Program-made: the position numbers and the translations under genes
Assembly (NCBI GenBank): GCA_943787795.1
Contig: CALSNU010000006.1
Location: 1 to 64,000 of the forward strand
Reading direction: 5' to 3'
Length of the DNA stretch: 64,000 bases
DNA from: an uncultured bacterium
GTDB taxonomy: Bacteria > Planctomycetota > UBA1135 > GCA-002686595
The notes under the pieces: generated by a model
The model's database searches: none
Told to the model about the DNA's origin: nothing
What the model saw: only the letters and a program-made list of their open reading frames with translations
Shown: positions 1 through 10,124 of the stretch, in pieces
How positions within the stretch are numbered: the first letter of the stretch is position 1
How the letters are laid out: every line of letters starts with the position of its first letter

Positions 1-686
1 GCCCGTTGTAGACCTCGAAGAAGCGCTCCTCCTTGACGGCCGCGACCTCCTCCCAGGTCACGCCCCACCCGAAGTTCGGGTGGTTGAGGTGCCCGAAGAC
101 GGGCCGTCCGGAGGCGGCCCCGGCCTCCTCGATGGAGCGCAAGGTGTCGCTCATGAGCTCCACAATCGAGGCGCGCTGGAGCGCGGGCAGGACCCCGTCG
201 ATATTCACCGCGTTGATGTGGACCGGTCGGCCCTCGAAGCTGGAGGTGACCTCCTCGCCGGGGAGGAGGAGGAAGCCGCCCGCGCCCCCTTCGGGCGCTC
301 GCTCGACCTCGGCCTTGAGCTCGGTCAGGGTTCGCAGGCGCATCTCCCGGCCCCCCCGCCTCGCCGCGCAGCTCCACCTTGTCCGCCCCGAAGCGGGTGA
401 TCAGCAGGTCCACCTCGGAGGGCTTGAGCCGTCCGACGCCGTCCTCTGCCACGGGGAACCAGCGCTCGTGGTCCTGGTAGATGTTGTGGTCGGACAGCAC
501 GAGGAACTGATAGCCGTTCTCGGCGTACCAGGCCGCGACCTGCTCGGGGGCCGCGTCCCCGTCGCTCCAGAGGGTGTGCGTGTGGGTATTCCCCTTGAGC
601 CACCGCAGCTCGGGCTCGGAGGAGGGCGCCTGACCGCATGCGGCCAGGAGGAGCGAGGTCAGGGCGAGTGCTGTGTGGTGGCGCAT
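1..686 (-). CDS. PHP-domain metallohydrolase lipoprotein (CehA/McbA-like); runs off the window edge; apparent +1 frameshift in the C7 run at 351-357
   Basis: Hand translation; not present as one ORF in the track. ATG at 686, lipobox LLLAAC, then WLKGNTHTHTLWSDG and FLVLSDHN. After the shift come PGEEVT, HINAVN, HLNHPNFGW and FEVYNG, all PHP-family motifs. Confidence 0.8.
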   Translation of the reverse strand, partial: MRHHTALALTSLLLAACGQAPSSEPELRWLKGNTHTHTLWSDGDAAPEQVAAWYAENGYQFLVLSDHNIYQDHERWFPVAEDGVGRLKPSEVDLLITRFGADKVELRGEAGGPGDAPANPDRAQGRGRASARRGRGRLPPPPRRGGHLQLRGPTGPHQRGEYRRGPARAPARLDCGAHERHLALHRGGRGRLRTARLRAPQPPELRVGRDLGGGRGRQGGALLRGLQR

Positions 687-774
687 GGGCAGGCAGGGCG
701 TGTGGGGAGGGCCGTGGACTCCGGATGCCTTGGGAATCCTTCGGATGGGCCGCGCCGCACCGTACCCTCAAGCC

Positions 775-1434
775 ATGAAGATCCGCGTCCGAGGAAACCC
801 TGATTTTGGCGAGGCCACGTGCGTCCTGGACCCTGGCGAGAAGCTGATCTGCGAGGGGCGGGCCATGAGTCGCATGAGCGGCGATATGGAGCTTCACGTG
901 AGGACGCAAGGTGGGCTGCTGCGCTCCGTGGCGCGCTCGGCGCTGGGTCGGGAGTCCTTCTTCATGTCGGAGTACTCCAGTGACTCCGGGGGCTTCGTCA
1001 CCGTGGTCCCGGGGACGCCGGGGTCGGTCATTCACAGGCAGCTGCAGGGGGAGACCCTGATCCTCACGGCGGGCTCGTTTCTCGCGTCGAGCGCGACGGT
1101 CGATCTCAAGACCAAGTTCGGTGGCCTGAGGTCGTTCTTCAGCGGTGAGGGTGCCTTCCTGCTCTTCGCCAAGGGGCACGGAGACCTCCTCTTCAACGCG
1201 TTCGGCGGCATCGTCGAGCGCGACCTTGACGGCTCCATGACGGTGGACAGCGGGCACCTCGTGGCCTGGGAGCCGTCGCTCGATTACGAGATCAAGTCCG
1301 TCGGCGGGTTGAAGCAGACGCTCTTCAGCGGCGAGGGCCTCGTGATGGAGCTGCGGGGACGCGGCAAGGTCTGGCTGCAGACCCGCACGCTCAAGGAGAC
1401 GGCCGGCTGGATCACTCCCTACCTGATGAGCTGA
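775..1434 (+). CDS. AIM24 / TIGR00266 family protein (copy 1)
   Basis: MKIRVRGNPDF start; motifs LGRESFF, FFSGEGAFLL, VDSGHLVAWE, GEGLVMELRGRGKVWLQTR. Confidence 0.85.
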   Translation: MKIRVRGNPDFGEATCVLDPGEKLICEGRAMSRMSGDMELHVRTQGGLLRSVARSALGRESFFMSEYSSDSGGFVTVVPGTPGSVIHRQLQGETLILTAGSFLASSATVDLKTKFGGLRSFFSGEGAFLLFAKGHGDLLFNAFGGIVERDLDGSMTVDSGHLVAWEPSLDYEIKSVGGLKQTLFSGEGLVMELRGRGKVWLQTRTLKETAGWITPYLMS

Positions 1435-2129
1435 TGGACATTTCAATCAAGGACACCGGGGCCTTCGCCTCCGCCAGCGTGCAGCTGGAGCCAGGGGAGC
1501 GCTTCGTCTCCGAGGCGGGCTGCTTCTTTCACTCCACCCCCAACGTCGAGATCGACGTGACGACACGACGCAAGAAGGGCGGCAAGGGCGGCCTGATGAG
1601 CGGGCTGAAGTCCATGCTCGGGGGGGAGTCCTTCTTCCTCTCGAACTACGAGGCCAAGGACGGGAAGGCCTCGACCGTGCACCTGGCGCCTGGCCTCCCC
1701 GGGGACGTTTGCCGGATCGACCTCGACGGCTCGAGCCGCTGGCTCTGCTTCGGGGGGAGCTACCTTGGGTCGGCGCCGAGCCTCGACCTCGACACCCAGG
1801 GCCAAGGCCTCAAGGGGCTGTTCTCGGGTGAGAGCCTGTTCGCCATCACCGTGACTGGCGAGGGGCCCCTGCTGGTCAGCGCCTACGGCGCGATTCACGA
1901 GGCGAACATCGACGGAGAGCTGATCGTCGACACCGGTCACCTGGTGGCCTTCGAGGACACCCTGGACTTCGAGATCACCAAGGCCGGCGGGTCGTGGATT
2001 CGCTCCATGCTTGGTGGTGAGGGCCTGGTGATGCGCGTGCGGGGCAAGGGGCGGCTGCTGGTGCAGTCGCATGACGCGGGGAGCCTTGGGCGACGGATCG
2101 GGCGGATGCTGCCCCCCAGGCGGAGCTGA
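1434..2129 (+). CDS. AIM24 / TIGR00266 family protein (copy 2)
   Basis: Motifs LGGESFF, FSGESLF, VDTGHLVAFE, GGEGLVMRVRGKGRLLVQS; TGATG overlap with copy 1. Confidence 0.85.
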   Translation: MDISIKDTGAFASASVQLEPGERFVSEAGCFFHSTPNVEIDVTTRRKKGGKGGLMSGLKSMLGGESFFLSNYEAKDGKASTVHLAPGLPGDVCRIDLDGSSRWLCFGGSYLGSAPSLDLDTQGQGLKGLFSGESLFAITVTGEGPLLVSAYGAIHEANIDGELIVDTGHLVAFEDTLDFEITKAGGSWIRSMLGGEGLVMRVRGKGRLLVQSHDAGSLGRRIGRMLPPRRS

Positions 2130-2131
2130 CC

Positions 2132-2803
2132 ATGGAATACGAGATCACGAACAACCCGAGCTTCTCCTGCGTCGAGGTCACCCTCCCCGCGGGTCACTCG
2201 ATCGTCTCCGAGGCTGGCGCCATGGCCTGGAAGGATGTCCACGTCCGCGCGGAGACCGCGAGCCGCGGGGGCGTACTCCAGGGCCTGAAGCGGAAGCTCC
2301 TGGCCGGCGAGAGCTTCTTTCAGAACACGTGGACCGCGGAGGGCGAGGTGGGCTCGATCACCCTGGCTCCCGGCGCGTGCGGGGACATCCAGCACGCCGA
2401 GGTAGACGGGGAGATCCTCCTGGAGAAGAGCGCCTTCCTCGCCGCCAGCGAGGGGGTCAGCGTCGACTCCTCGTTCAACGGCTTCAAGGGCTTCTTCAAC
2501 GAGGGCTTCTTCGTGCTGCGTTGCTCGGGGCAGGGGTCCCTCTTCTTCAACTCCTACGGCGCGATGGAATGCGTCGAGCTGGACGACGAGGAGTACCTGG
2601 TCGACAACGGCTACGCCGTGGCCTGGGACTCGACCCTCGAGTACAAGATCACCCGGTCGCAGAAGGTGCGCTCCTTCCTCTTCTCGGACCAGCTCCTGCT
2701 CCGCTTCTCGGGGCGCGGCCGGCTCTGGGTGCAGTCCCGCAGCCCGAGGGTGTTCGCCGGCTGGGTCCATCCCTTCCGGCCGGTGAAGAAGGACAACGAC
2801 TGA
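2132..2803 (+). CDS. AIM24 / TIGR00266 family protein (copy 3)
   Basis: Motifs SEAGAM, LAGESFF, VDNGYAVAWD, FSGRGRLWVQSR; starts 2 nt after copy 2. Confidence 0.85.
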   Translation: MEYEITNNPSFSCVEVTLPAGHSIVSEAGAMAWKDVHVRAETASRGGVLQGLKRKLLAGESFFQNTWTAEGEVGSITLAPGACGDIQHAEVDGEILLEKSAFLAASEGVSVDSSFNGFKGFFNEGFFVLRCSGQGSLFFNSYGAMECVELDDEEYLVDNGYAVAWDSTLEYKITRSQKVRSFLFSDQLLLRFSGRGRLWVQSRSPRVFAGWVHPFRPVKKDND

Positions 2804-2964
2804 GCGCGACGCTCGGGCGCCAGGCGCCGGTGTCCGGGAAGGCGCCAACGCGCCCTTCCGGGCCCTGGCTCCAAGGACCGAGCCCGTCGTCGAATTGTTC
2901 AGGGTCCGACCAGCGGCCGCCCAGGCCCCGCGCTGAACACTGCTGGGGACGGGGCAGGCAACGC

Positions 2965-3054
2965 GCAGAGGGCCCTGCCGAGGATCCTGCAGAGGGCCGG
3001 GCAGAGGGCCGGGCAGGGGGCCCTGCTGAGGCGCGGCTCAGGTGCGGCTCAGGC
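2965..3054. repeat. Degenerate 12-bp tandem repeat (GCAGAGGGCCGG-like, about 6 copies) followed by a near-duplicated 11-mer GCGGCTCAGG(T/C)
   Basis: 12-bp units start at 2965, 2977, 2989, 3001, 3013 and 3025; the 11-mers at 3033 and 3044 duplicate the stop codon of the neighbouring minus-strand gene. Confidence 0.7.
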
Positions 3055-3618
3055 GGAGGGCCACATGGCCCCGAACACGCCCGCGGTCACCAGCCCGTAC
3101 AGGACGCCGCCGAAGACGAAGCGCGCGGTCACGGCCCACTGGACGCCGCGCCAGATGGAGTCCTGGATCGGCGCCGTTGCGAAGCCCAGCAATGCCACGG
3201 TCCCGGTGACCCGGAAGACCTCGTGGTAGTTCGCGCCGCGCTCGAGACAGAGGGTGCCGATGTAGCCCGCGAAGGTGGCGAGCAGCGCGGAGTACAGGAA
3301 CCAGATCGTGAGGGAGCCGCCCATCTTGATGGGGCCCTTCGGCAGAACCTGCATGAACCCGACCGGGCCCAGGTTCTGCGCGGCGATGAAGCCATCCTCT
3401 GCCATCTGCTTCATGGAGCTCGCGTAGGGGAACGCGTAGCCGCCCCGCTCGAGCCCGGCCTCCCGCATGGCCTCGAGGAGCCGCTCCTCGTCCGGGAGCG
3501 GCTTGTAGTCCGACTTGTGGAGTGGTGAGGCGACGTGGATCACCGAGCTGATCACGAAGACGGCGACGGCGGCGAGGAGGATCGGGAGCCACAGCTCCGT
3601 GATGCTGACTTGGGGCAT
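3049..3618 (-). CDS. Conserved hypothetical membrane protein (about 4 TM segments)
   Basis: MPQVSITELWLPILLAAVAVFVISSVIHV start; several hydrophobic segments; GC3-rich codon usage. Confidence 0.75.
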   Translation of the reverse strand: MPQVSITELWLPILLAAVAVFVISSVIHVASPLHKSDYKPLPDEERLLEAMREAGLERGGYAFPYASSMKQMAEDGFIAAQNLGPVGFMQVLPKGPIKMGGSLTIWFLYSALLATFAGYIGTLCLERGANYHEVFRVTGTVALLGFATAPIQDSIWRGVQWAVTARFVFGGVLYGLVTAGVFGAMWPSA

Positions 3619-3696
3619 GGGCAGAGCTTGCGCCGCGCTCGCCTTGGAATGCCAGCGAGAATTTCCCCCGCGCCGCTCCACGGCGCTGGACCTCCC

Positions 3697-5307
3697 TCAG
3701 GCGCCCTTCTGCACGTCGCCCAACACCTGGCGCGCGGCGAGCATGCCGGGGCCGCCGGAGACGCAGCCTCCGGGGTGGGTGCCCGAGCCGCACTGATAGT
3801 AGCCGCTGATCGGCGTCCGGTACTGGTTCCAGCCGGGCGCGGGGCGGCTCAAGAAGAGCTGAGAGTCGAAGAGCTCTCCGGCGAAGATGTTGCCCTCTGA
3901 GAGGCCTACGGCCCGCTCGATGTCGAGCGGGGTCACCACCTCGCGGTGGAGCACAAGCTCGCTGAAGCCCGGGAAGAACTCCTCCAGGGTCTCCTGGACG
4001 GTGTCACCGAGCGCCTCGCGCTGGTCGTCCCACGTCCCCTCCGCCAGCTTGTACGGCGTGTACATCACGAAGCACGACATGACGTGTTTGCCCGGCGGCG
4101 ACATCTCCGGGTCCACCGTGGACTGAATGCAGCAGTCGATGAAGGGCCGGCGACTGAACCGGCCGTCCTTGGCCTCGGTGAACGCCTGGTGCAGGTAGTC
4201 CATTGAGGGCCCGAGGTTGGTGAAGCCGCGGAAGAGGTCGGCTCGGTCCTCGAGCCCAGGGAACGTCGGGAGGGCTGAGAGTGCGAAGTTCACCTTCGAG
4301 GCGCTCCCCTGGTACTTGTAGTCCTCGAGGTGCTCGATCAGGTCAGCCGGCATGTCGCCCGCGTCCACCAGCCGGGTGAAGGTCTGCCTCGGGTCCAGGG
4401 CGCTCACCACCACGGGCGCCTCGATGCGCTCTCCGCCCGCGAGCTCCACGCCCCGGACGACGCCGCCCTCATGGACCACGCGCTCGACGCGCGCCTCCGT
4501 GCGGATCTCACCGCCGAAGGCCTCGCAGGACCGCGCGAGGACCTGGGTGAAGCCGCCGTTTCCGCCCTTGTGGAAGCCCCAGGACCCGGGGGAGCCGTCG
4601 TACTCGCCCATCTTGTGGAAGAGCCAGATGAGGCCCGACTCGCGGTCGCGCGGGCTGACCATGCTGCCGATGATGCCGCTCGAGGCGTAGAGGGCCTTCA
4701 CGAGGTCATGCTCGAAGGTGCCGTCCAGGATGTCGGCCGCGCTGCTCGTCGCGAATTGCTCGCCAAGGGCCCGGACCTCCGGGTCCAGCCCGTCCATGAA
4801 GGCGCGCAGCTCGGCGAGGGAGGCGAGCTCGGCGGGGTCGTCGCTCCGGGAGTTCGGCGGGATGCGATCCATCCACGGCTTCAGGGCGACGCAGAGCCGC
4901 GCGATCAGGTGGTCGAGGTCCCGCGCGGCCTCCGCGTCCTCCGCGGAGAAGCGGGCGATCTCGTGGTAGTTGGCGTCCGCGTCCGGGCCCAGGAGGAGGT
5001 GCTCGCCGTCCAGCCCAGGCTGGAAGGTGTTCGCCAGCGGGAGGACCATCAGGCCGTGCTCCACGAGGTCGAGGTCGTCCACGATCTCGGGGCGCAGCAG
5101 GCTGATGGCGTAGGAGAAGGTGGTGAACTGGAAGCCGGGCAGCAGCTCCTCCGTGATGGCTGCGCCGCCGACCAGGTGACGCTGCTCCAGGAGGAGCGTC
5201 TTCATCCCCGCGCGCGCGAGGTAGCTCGCGTGCACCAGGCCGTTGTGGCCAGCGCCGATCACCACCGCGTCGTAGCGCGGGGACTCGCTGCCAGGTGCTG
5301 CGCTCAT
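3697..5307 (-). CDS. FAD-dependent oxidoreductase, phytoene dehydrogenase-like (COG1233 / PYROXD2-like)
   Basis: N-terminal YDAVVIGAGHNGL Rossmann motif and C-terminal YQCGSGTHPGGCVSGGPG; its ATG overlaps the upstream stop (ATGA). Confidence 0.9.
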   Translation of the reverse strand: MSAAPGSESPRYDAVVIGAGHNGLVHASYLARAGMKTLLLEQRHLVGGAAITEELLPGFQFTTFSYAISLLRPEIVDDLDLVEHGLMVLPLANTFQPGLDGEHLLLGPDADANYHEIARFSAEDAEAARDLDHLIARLCVALKPWMDRIPPNSRSDDPAELASLAELRAFMDGLDPEVRALGEQFATSSAADILDGTFEHDLVKALYASSGIIGSMVSPRDRESGLIWLFHKMGEYDGSPGSWGFHKGGNGGFTQVLARSCEAFGGEIRTEARVERVVHEGGVVRGVELAGGERIEAPVVVSALDPRQTFTRLVDAGDMPADLIEHLEDYKYQGSASKVNFALSALPTFPGLEDRADLFRGFTNLGPSMDYLHQAFTEAKDGRFSRRPFIDCCIQSTVDPEMSPPGKHVMSCFVMYTPYKLAEGTWDDQREALGDTVQETLEEFFPGFSELVLHREVVTPLDIERAVGLSEGNIFAGELFDSQLFLSRPAPGWNQYRTPISGYYQCGSGTHPGGCVSGGPGMLAARQVLGDVQKGA

Positions 5308-6546
5308 GTGCTCTGGACCTCCTCGGCGTTCGCTGTCTTGCGCTCGGGGTTGAAGAACGCCGCTCCGTGGACTCGGGCGAGGACGTTCCGGGGGCGCCGA
5401 ATGACGGTCAGCTCGAGGTCGAGCTCGGTGCCCTTGACCGCGAGCTCCAGAGGGATCTTGGCGAGGGCGAGGGGGCGCCGCAGGAGCGAGGAGTAGTGGA
5501 AGCTCGTGGCGTATCCCGCGTGGTCCCAAGGGGTCTCACTGCGCCTGTAGATGCTCATCGTGGTCTCCTCATAGACCTCGTGGCGGGGGGCCAGCACGCC
5601 CGCCTCCTCGTGGACCCGCTCGTAGTCGTGCACATCGACGGCGAGCCCCGTGGTGGTCCAGCGCGACGACCCGCTGGCCAGCTCTCGGGCGATGGCCTCT
5701 CGCCCGACGAAGTCCCGGTCGCTTCGATCCAGGGTCCGGAGCATCCAGCCCCAACCGAGCTCGGTGGGGGTCTCCCGCTGTTCGTCGACCCAGGCGTGGC
5801 GCGCCGAGTGGAAGTCCACGTCCATCAGGAGGAGGCCCGCCTCCACCCGCGCCATCTTCAGCGCGGTGGTGCCCATCAGGGTGAGGTTGTCTCCGCGGCC
5901 GGCGTCGAGGAGCGCGTCCAGCACCTGGAGGGCGCCGCCCCGGGGGACCCACAGCTCGTAGCCGAGATCTCCGGTGTAGCCGGTGCGCGACAGGGTGACG
6001 TCGTGCCCGGCGACAGAGCAGCGGGTGACGCCGAAGTAGCGCAGGCCCGCGGGCCGCGCCGGTCAGGCGGGCGAGGATGCGCCGGGAGAGGGGCCCCTGG
6101 AGGGCCAGGATCCCGAAGTCGGCCGAGACGTCGGTGACCACCGAGCGATCCATGCCGAGGCTCGTGGCGAGGTCACGGAAGTACTTGAGGGTGGGCTCCG
6201 CCGCGGTCAGCAGGAACTCGTCGCTCGAGAGACGAAGGATGACGCCGTCCTGGAGGACGTAGCCCCGGTGGTCGCACCAGCAGGTGTACTGGGCTCTCCC
6301 GTCGGCGACCTGGCCCACATCGCGCACCATGGCGTGCCTCAGCAGCCCCTCCGCGTCGGGCCCGGCGAAGCGGAGCTTGTAGAGCGGGGAGGTGTCGAGC
6401 AGCGCCGCCGAGTTGCGGATGGCGTAGTACTCCGTGGAGACCGAGTGTTGGTACGCCGGGGCGACCAGGTGCCCGGCCCAGTGCTTCCAGATTCCGGTCT
6501 GGTTGAGCGCTGCGAGCCGGGGCTGGAAGGGGGTGAGCTGGGGCAT
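5304..6546 (-). CDS. GcvT-like aminomethyltransferase family protein; apparent +1 frameshift at about 6051
   Basis: N-half EYYAIRNSAALLDTSPL, DGVILRL, ALQGPLS; continues in the other frame as LRYFGV...SRTGYTGDLGYELW...RVEAG...FFNPERK. The join needs one base removed from the G run at 6051-6053. Confidence 0.85.
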
Positions 6547-6710
6547 CAGCGAAGCGGTGGCCGGCGGGGCCTTACGGCAGGCCTGGTCGGCCGCGTCTCT
6601 CGGACGGACCTCTCTGGCGGGCCTTGCTCCGCAGTCCACCACAGGGGGGCGTGTCTGAGCAAGTCCAGATCTGCGCCCCCGCCGCGAATCCGCGGCCTAT
6701 CCGCTGAGGC

Positions 6711-7391
6711 TCAGGCGGACCGCAGGCGGCCCGTGCGCGAGCGGACCTGCTCGGCTTGAATCCACGAGCGGAGCTCTCGTTCGAGCTCCGCGATGCCGGC
6801 GGTCGCTGGCCACTCAAAGGTCATGCCGCAGTTGGCGCGCGCCCCCTCAAGTCGGCGCTGGACGATCCGCGCGGGCAGGACGTGGATCCACTGATCGTTG
6901 AGCGTCAGTTCGAGCTCGGCTTCAACGAATCCGGCGATGGCGGTCTCATCCCTCGGTGAGATGAGAATCGCCGCGCCCGAGATGGAGATATTCTTGAGCG
7001 TCACCGGGAGCCACTCCGCGTCGCCAACGCGGAGTCGAGCTCTCGCCTCCGGATGCCGGGCCGTCTCGAGCCGGTAGTCGTTGCGGAGCCCTTCGGCCTG
7101 GAGGACGCGCCGGGAGATCTCGGGCGGGACCTGGATCACGTACAGCCGGGAGGCGTCCCCTTCTCGACGCTCGATCACGCGGCCCGCTGCTTCGACGCCC
7201 GCGATGGAGCCGTTCGAGGAGAAGCTCAGGTTGACGCCTGCGGCGATCGCATAGGACGGAGTCTCTGGCCCCTCAAAGCGCACATGGACCCTTGAGAAGC
7301 CAGCGTCGACGACACACCCCTGGCTCAGGGTGGCGTCGTCGGTGGCGACCGTGACGGTCGGGGCGGTCCTATCGAAGAAGAGGTCGGGCAT
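6711..7391 (-). CDS. PilZ-domain protein (putative c-di-GMP receptor)
   Basis: RNDYR (RxxxR) followed by NISISG ([DN]xSxxG) in the C-terminal half. Confidence 0.7.
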   Translation of the reverse strand: MPDLFFDRTAPTVTVATDDATLSQGCVVDAGFSRVHVRFEGPETPSYAIAAGVNLSFSSNGSIAGVEAAGRVIERREGDASRLYVIQVPPEISRRVLQAEGLRNDYRLETARHPEARARLRVGDAEWLPVTLKNISISGAAILISPRDETAIAGFVEAELELTLNDQWIHVLPARIVQRRLEGARANCGMTFEWPATAGIAELERELRSWIQAEQVRSRTGRLRSA

Positions 7392-7517
7392 CGGTGGCAG
7401 GCGATCCGGGTGACTACCTAGGTTATCGGCCTGATCTCACCTCGGACTTGCGCTGTTGCCCGTGGGTCTACGAGGCGGCGTCGGTCTTGGATCCCGGATC
7501 GGGGCAGCGCCGAGCTC

Positions 7518-10006
7518 TCAGGGGCAGAAGATCACGTTCACCGCGTTGGTGAAGTTGGACGCGCCACCATCTCGATACCAGTACTGAAAGTTCATGTACG
7601 TGGAGTTCTGGAGGTCCAGCGCCGCCGGAGCGAGGAGCGGGTCAACGGTGTAGTTGACGGAGCCAGTGCCGTCGGCCTGGGTGACCTGGTCGCTGATTCG
7701 GAAGATGGGGTCAGCGAGGCAGACATACCCGCTCGCCACCGGAAGCCTGCGCTGAGCTCGCGAGGCGAGCATGAAGCCGAACGTGTTGGGCGGGATGTTC
7801 CTGACCCGAACCTGGAGATCCTCCGCTTCGAGGAAGAAGCGCCCGGCGAGGTCGAGGCTCGCGTAATCGCCGACAGAGTTCTGGCGAGAGCTGCAGTAGG
7901 AGTACTTCACGTGTCGGCACAGGTTGCGCTCCACCTCCTGGCGGAACATGGCGCGGCTCTGGACGGTGACGCCGCCCAGCTCCCCGATGCACGTCTGTGC
8001 GTCGAAGGGCGCAGGTCCGGCGCCCCCCTGAAGCCCCGAGGGCCCCCTGCCGCCCGAAGAGCGTCCACTCGGCGGTGGGCACGTTGTTGATCGGGCCCGA
8101 CTGCGACGGAACACGAGCGACCTCGGTGCCCTGCAGGTACACGACGAGATCGTTCGTCTCGTCATAGGTCGCCATGAGGTGAACGAGCTCGGTGGTCCAC
8201 TGGCTGGGAAGGTCAACCGTCACGGTGGTGGCGTTACCGGACTGCGACCCCCGCAGTCGGACCCGGAGGTCATCGGCCACGCCGGGGGCCCGGGTCGTCG
8301 CCCAGGAGGCCGCCGTCACCTACGGTGATGGAGACGCCTTCAGCGGCGTCGCCCACATCCAGGAGGGCGAGCTCCTGGCTCGGCTGGGTCTCGATACTCC
8401 TGGTCCAGAGGGCGACGCTGAAGGCGGAGCTCGCCTCGGCAGGGAGGCCCTGTCGGACCAGCCGGAGCTCGGTGCTCGGGGCTGCGGCCCGGATCACCCG
8501 GTTCGTGAGATCGCCGGGCCCGGGGCCGGTTCGAGGCACGATCTCCAGGTCGGCCGAAGCGTCCAGGTCCACGACCTGCCAGCTGGGGTAGGGCTGTTGC
8601 GGGGAATCCCACAGCTGGCCCGGGAGGAGCGGGCCGGAGTTCGGCAGCCCGAGGCTTGGGTTCCAGACCCCGATGAAGGTCGAGCGGGGTTCGGGTGCGC
8701 GAGCATTCGAGCTCACGTCGGCGCGGAAGTTGTCCAGGTCGGCCTGCAAGAGGGCGGCGATACCCCCGAACTGCGCCGACACGTCGGTGGTCTCGGTCGG
8801 ATCGGTGACCAGGTTGAAGAGCTCTCCCTGGCGAAGCTTCCACTGGCCGAACCGGATCGCGTCCAGGGACAGTCCCGCGCCGCGGAAGAGCGCGCGGGGG
8901 GATGCGGGCTGGCCGCCTGTGATGGTCGAGAGGAGGCTCACCCCGTCGAAGCTCACCTGGGGCGGCGCGGCGATGTTCGCGGCCTCGAGGATGGTCGGGG
9001 TCAGGTCCACGTCCGCGCCGAGGTCGTTGAGGAGGAGGCCCGCCGGGATCCTCGACGGCCACTTGGCGATGAACGGGACCCGGATGCCGCCCTCAAAGGT
9101 GCTCCCCTTGGCGCCGCGGAGGCCCCCGGTGGAGCCGGCCTGATACGGATTGAAGGGGCCCGCAGGACCATTGTCGGAGAGGAAGATCACCAGCGTGTCG
9201 TCCTCGATCCCGAGGCTGTCGATCAGGTCGAGCACCTGCCCCGCGCTGTGGTCGAGCTCCTCCACGGCGTCGCCGTACTCGCGGCCGTCCGCGCTGACCC
9301 CGTCGAACGCCGGGCTGGAGATCGCCGGGACGTGGGGGGTGGAGTAGGCGAGGACGGCGAGGAAGGGCGCGCCGAGCTGCACGGACTCGCTGATGAAGTC
9401 GAGGGTGCGGGCGGTGAAGCGGTCGGTGCTCAAGCGCGCGTCGGGCTCCCACTCCCAGACCGGACTCGTGGAGTCAGCGTAGGCGTTGGGCTCGGCGAGG
9501 TGGCCCCAGGGGCTGGTGAGGTAGTGTTCGAAGCCCTGCCCCTGGGGGAGCTGCGAGGGAGAGTCGCCGAGGTGCCACTTGCCGAAGTAGCCAGTGCGGT
9601 ACCCGGCGCCGAGCATCATCTCGGCGATCGTGATCTCGCTCGAGCTCATCCCGTACTCGCTCCACTGCGAGAGGGCCGTGAAGATCCCCATGCGCTGGGG
9701 GGTGAGGCCGGTGAGGAGTGCGGCGCGGGTTGGAGAGCAGCGCGGCTGGACGTAGAACGACTCCATCTGGACGCCCTCGCTGGCCATGGCGTCCAGCCGC
9801 GGGGTCGAGATCAGCGGCGCGCCGTAGCAGCTAAGGTCGCCGTAACCGAGGTCGTCGGCCAGCAGGATGACCACGTTCGGCTGCTGGCCGGACGCGAGGG
9901 CTGGCTGGGAGGGAGTGGCCGCCCCTGGGCTCGACGGGGAGGCGAGGGCTGCGGCCCCGCTCGCAAAGAAGAGGGTGACCGGGAGAGTGACAGATGCCGC
10001 GCGCAT
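7518..10006 (-). CDS. Secreted Cys-type sulfatase + LamG/ConA-like region + Cys-bracketed C-terminal domain; two apparent +1 frameshifts (about 8284-8288 and 8023-8028)
   Basis: Signal peptide, PNVVILLADDLG, CSPTR, GKWHLG, SDNG. Reading continues through ORF frames 8270-10273, then 7711-8319, then 7518-8216, ending FQYWYRDGGASNFTNAVNVIFCP. Confidence 0.8.
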
Positions 10007-10124
10007 GGGCTGAATGGTAGCCCCCGGCTGGGCCCGCGGCTGGACCGCCCACATGCTCGTTCCATGAACTGGTCGACGGGGACCGGTTTGCGGCATGGGA
10101 GGGCGCGTTGGGCGGGCAGTCGTC

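Noticed and set aside
3640..3656. Second sigma-54-like site (CTGGCAT...) upstream of 3618
   Set aside because: The -12 element is not TTGC and the GG-to-GC spacing does not fit.
3697..5307. Carotenoid desaturase crtI call
   Set aside because: No carotenoid pathway genes nearby and the gene is coupled to a GcvT-like gene, so no symbol was assigned.
6547..6710. Possible glycine or THF riboswitch upstream of the GcvT-like gene
   Set aside because: I could not find the conserved aptamer elements by eye; an Infernal/Rfam scan would settle it.
8270..8272. TGA readthrough or selenocysteine at the end of the sulfatase ORF
   Set aside because: The coding sequence continues in a different frame after the G5 run, so this is a frameshift, not readthrough.
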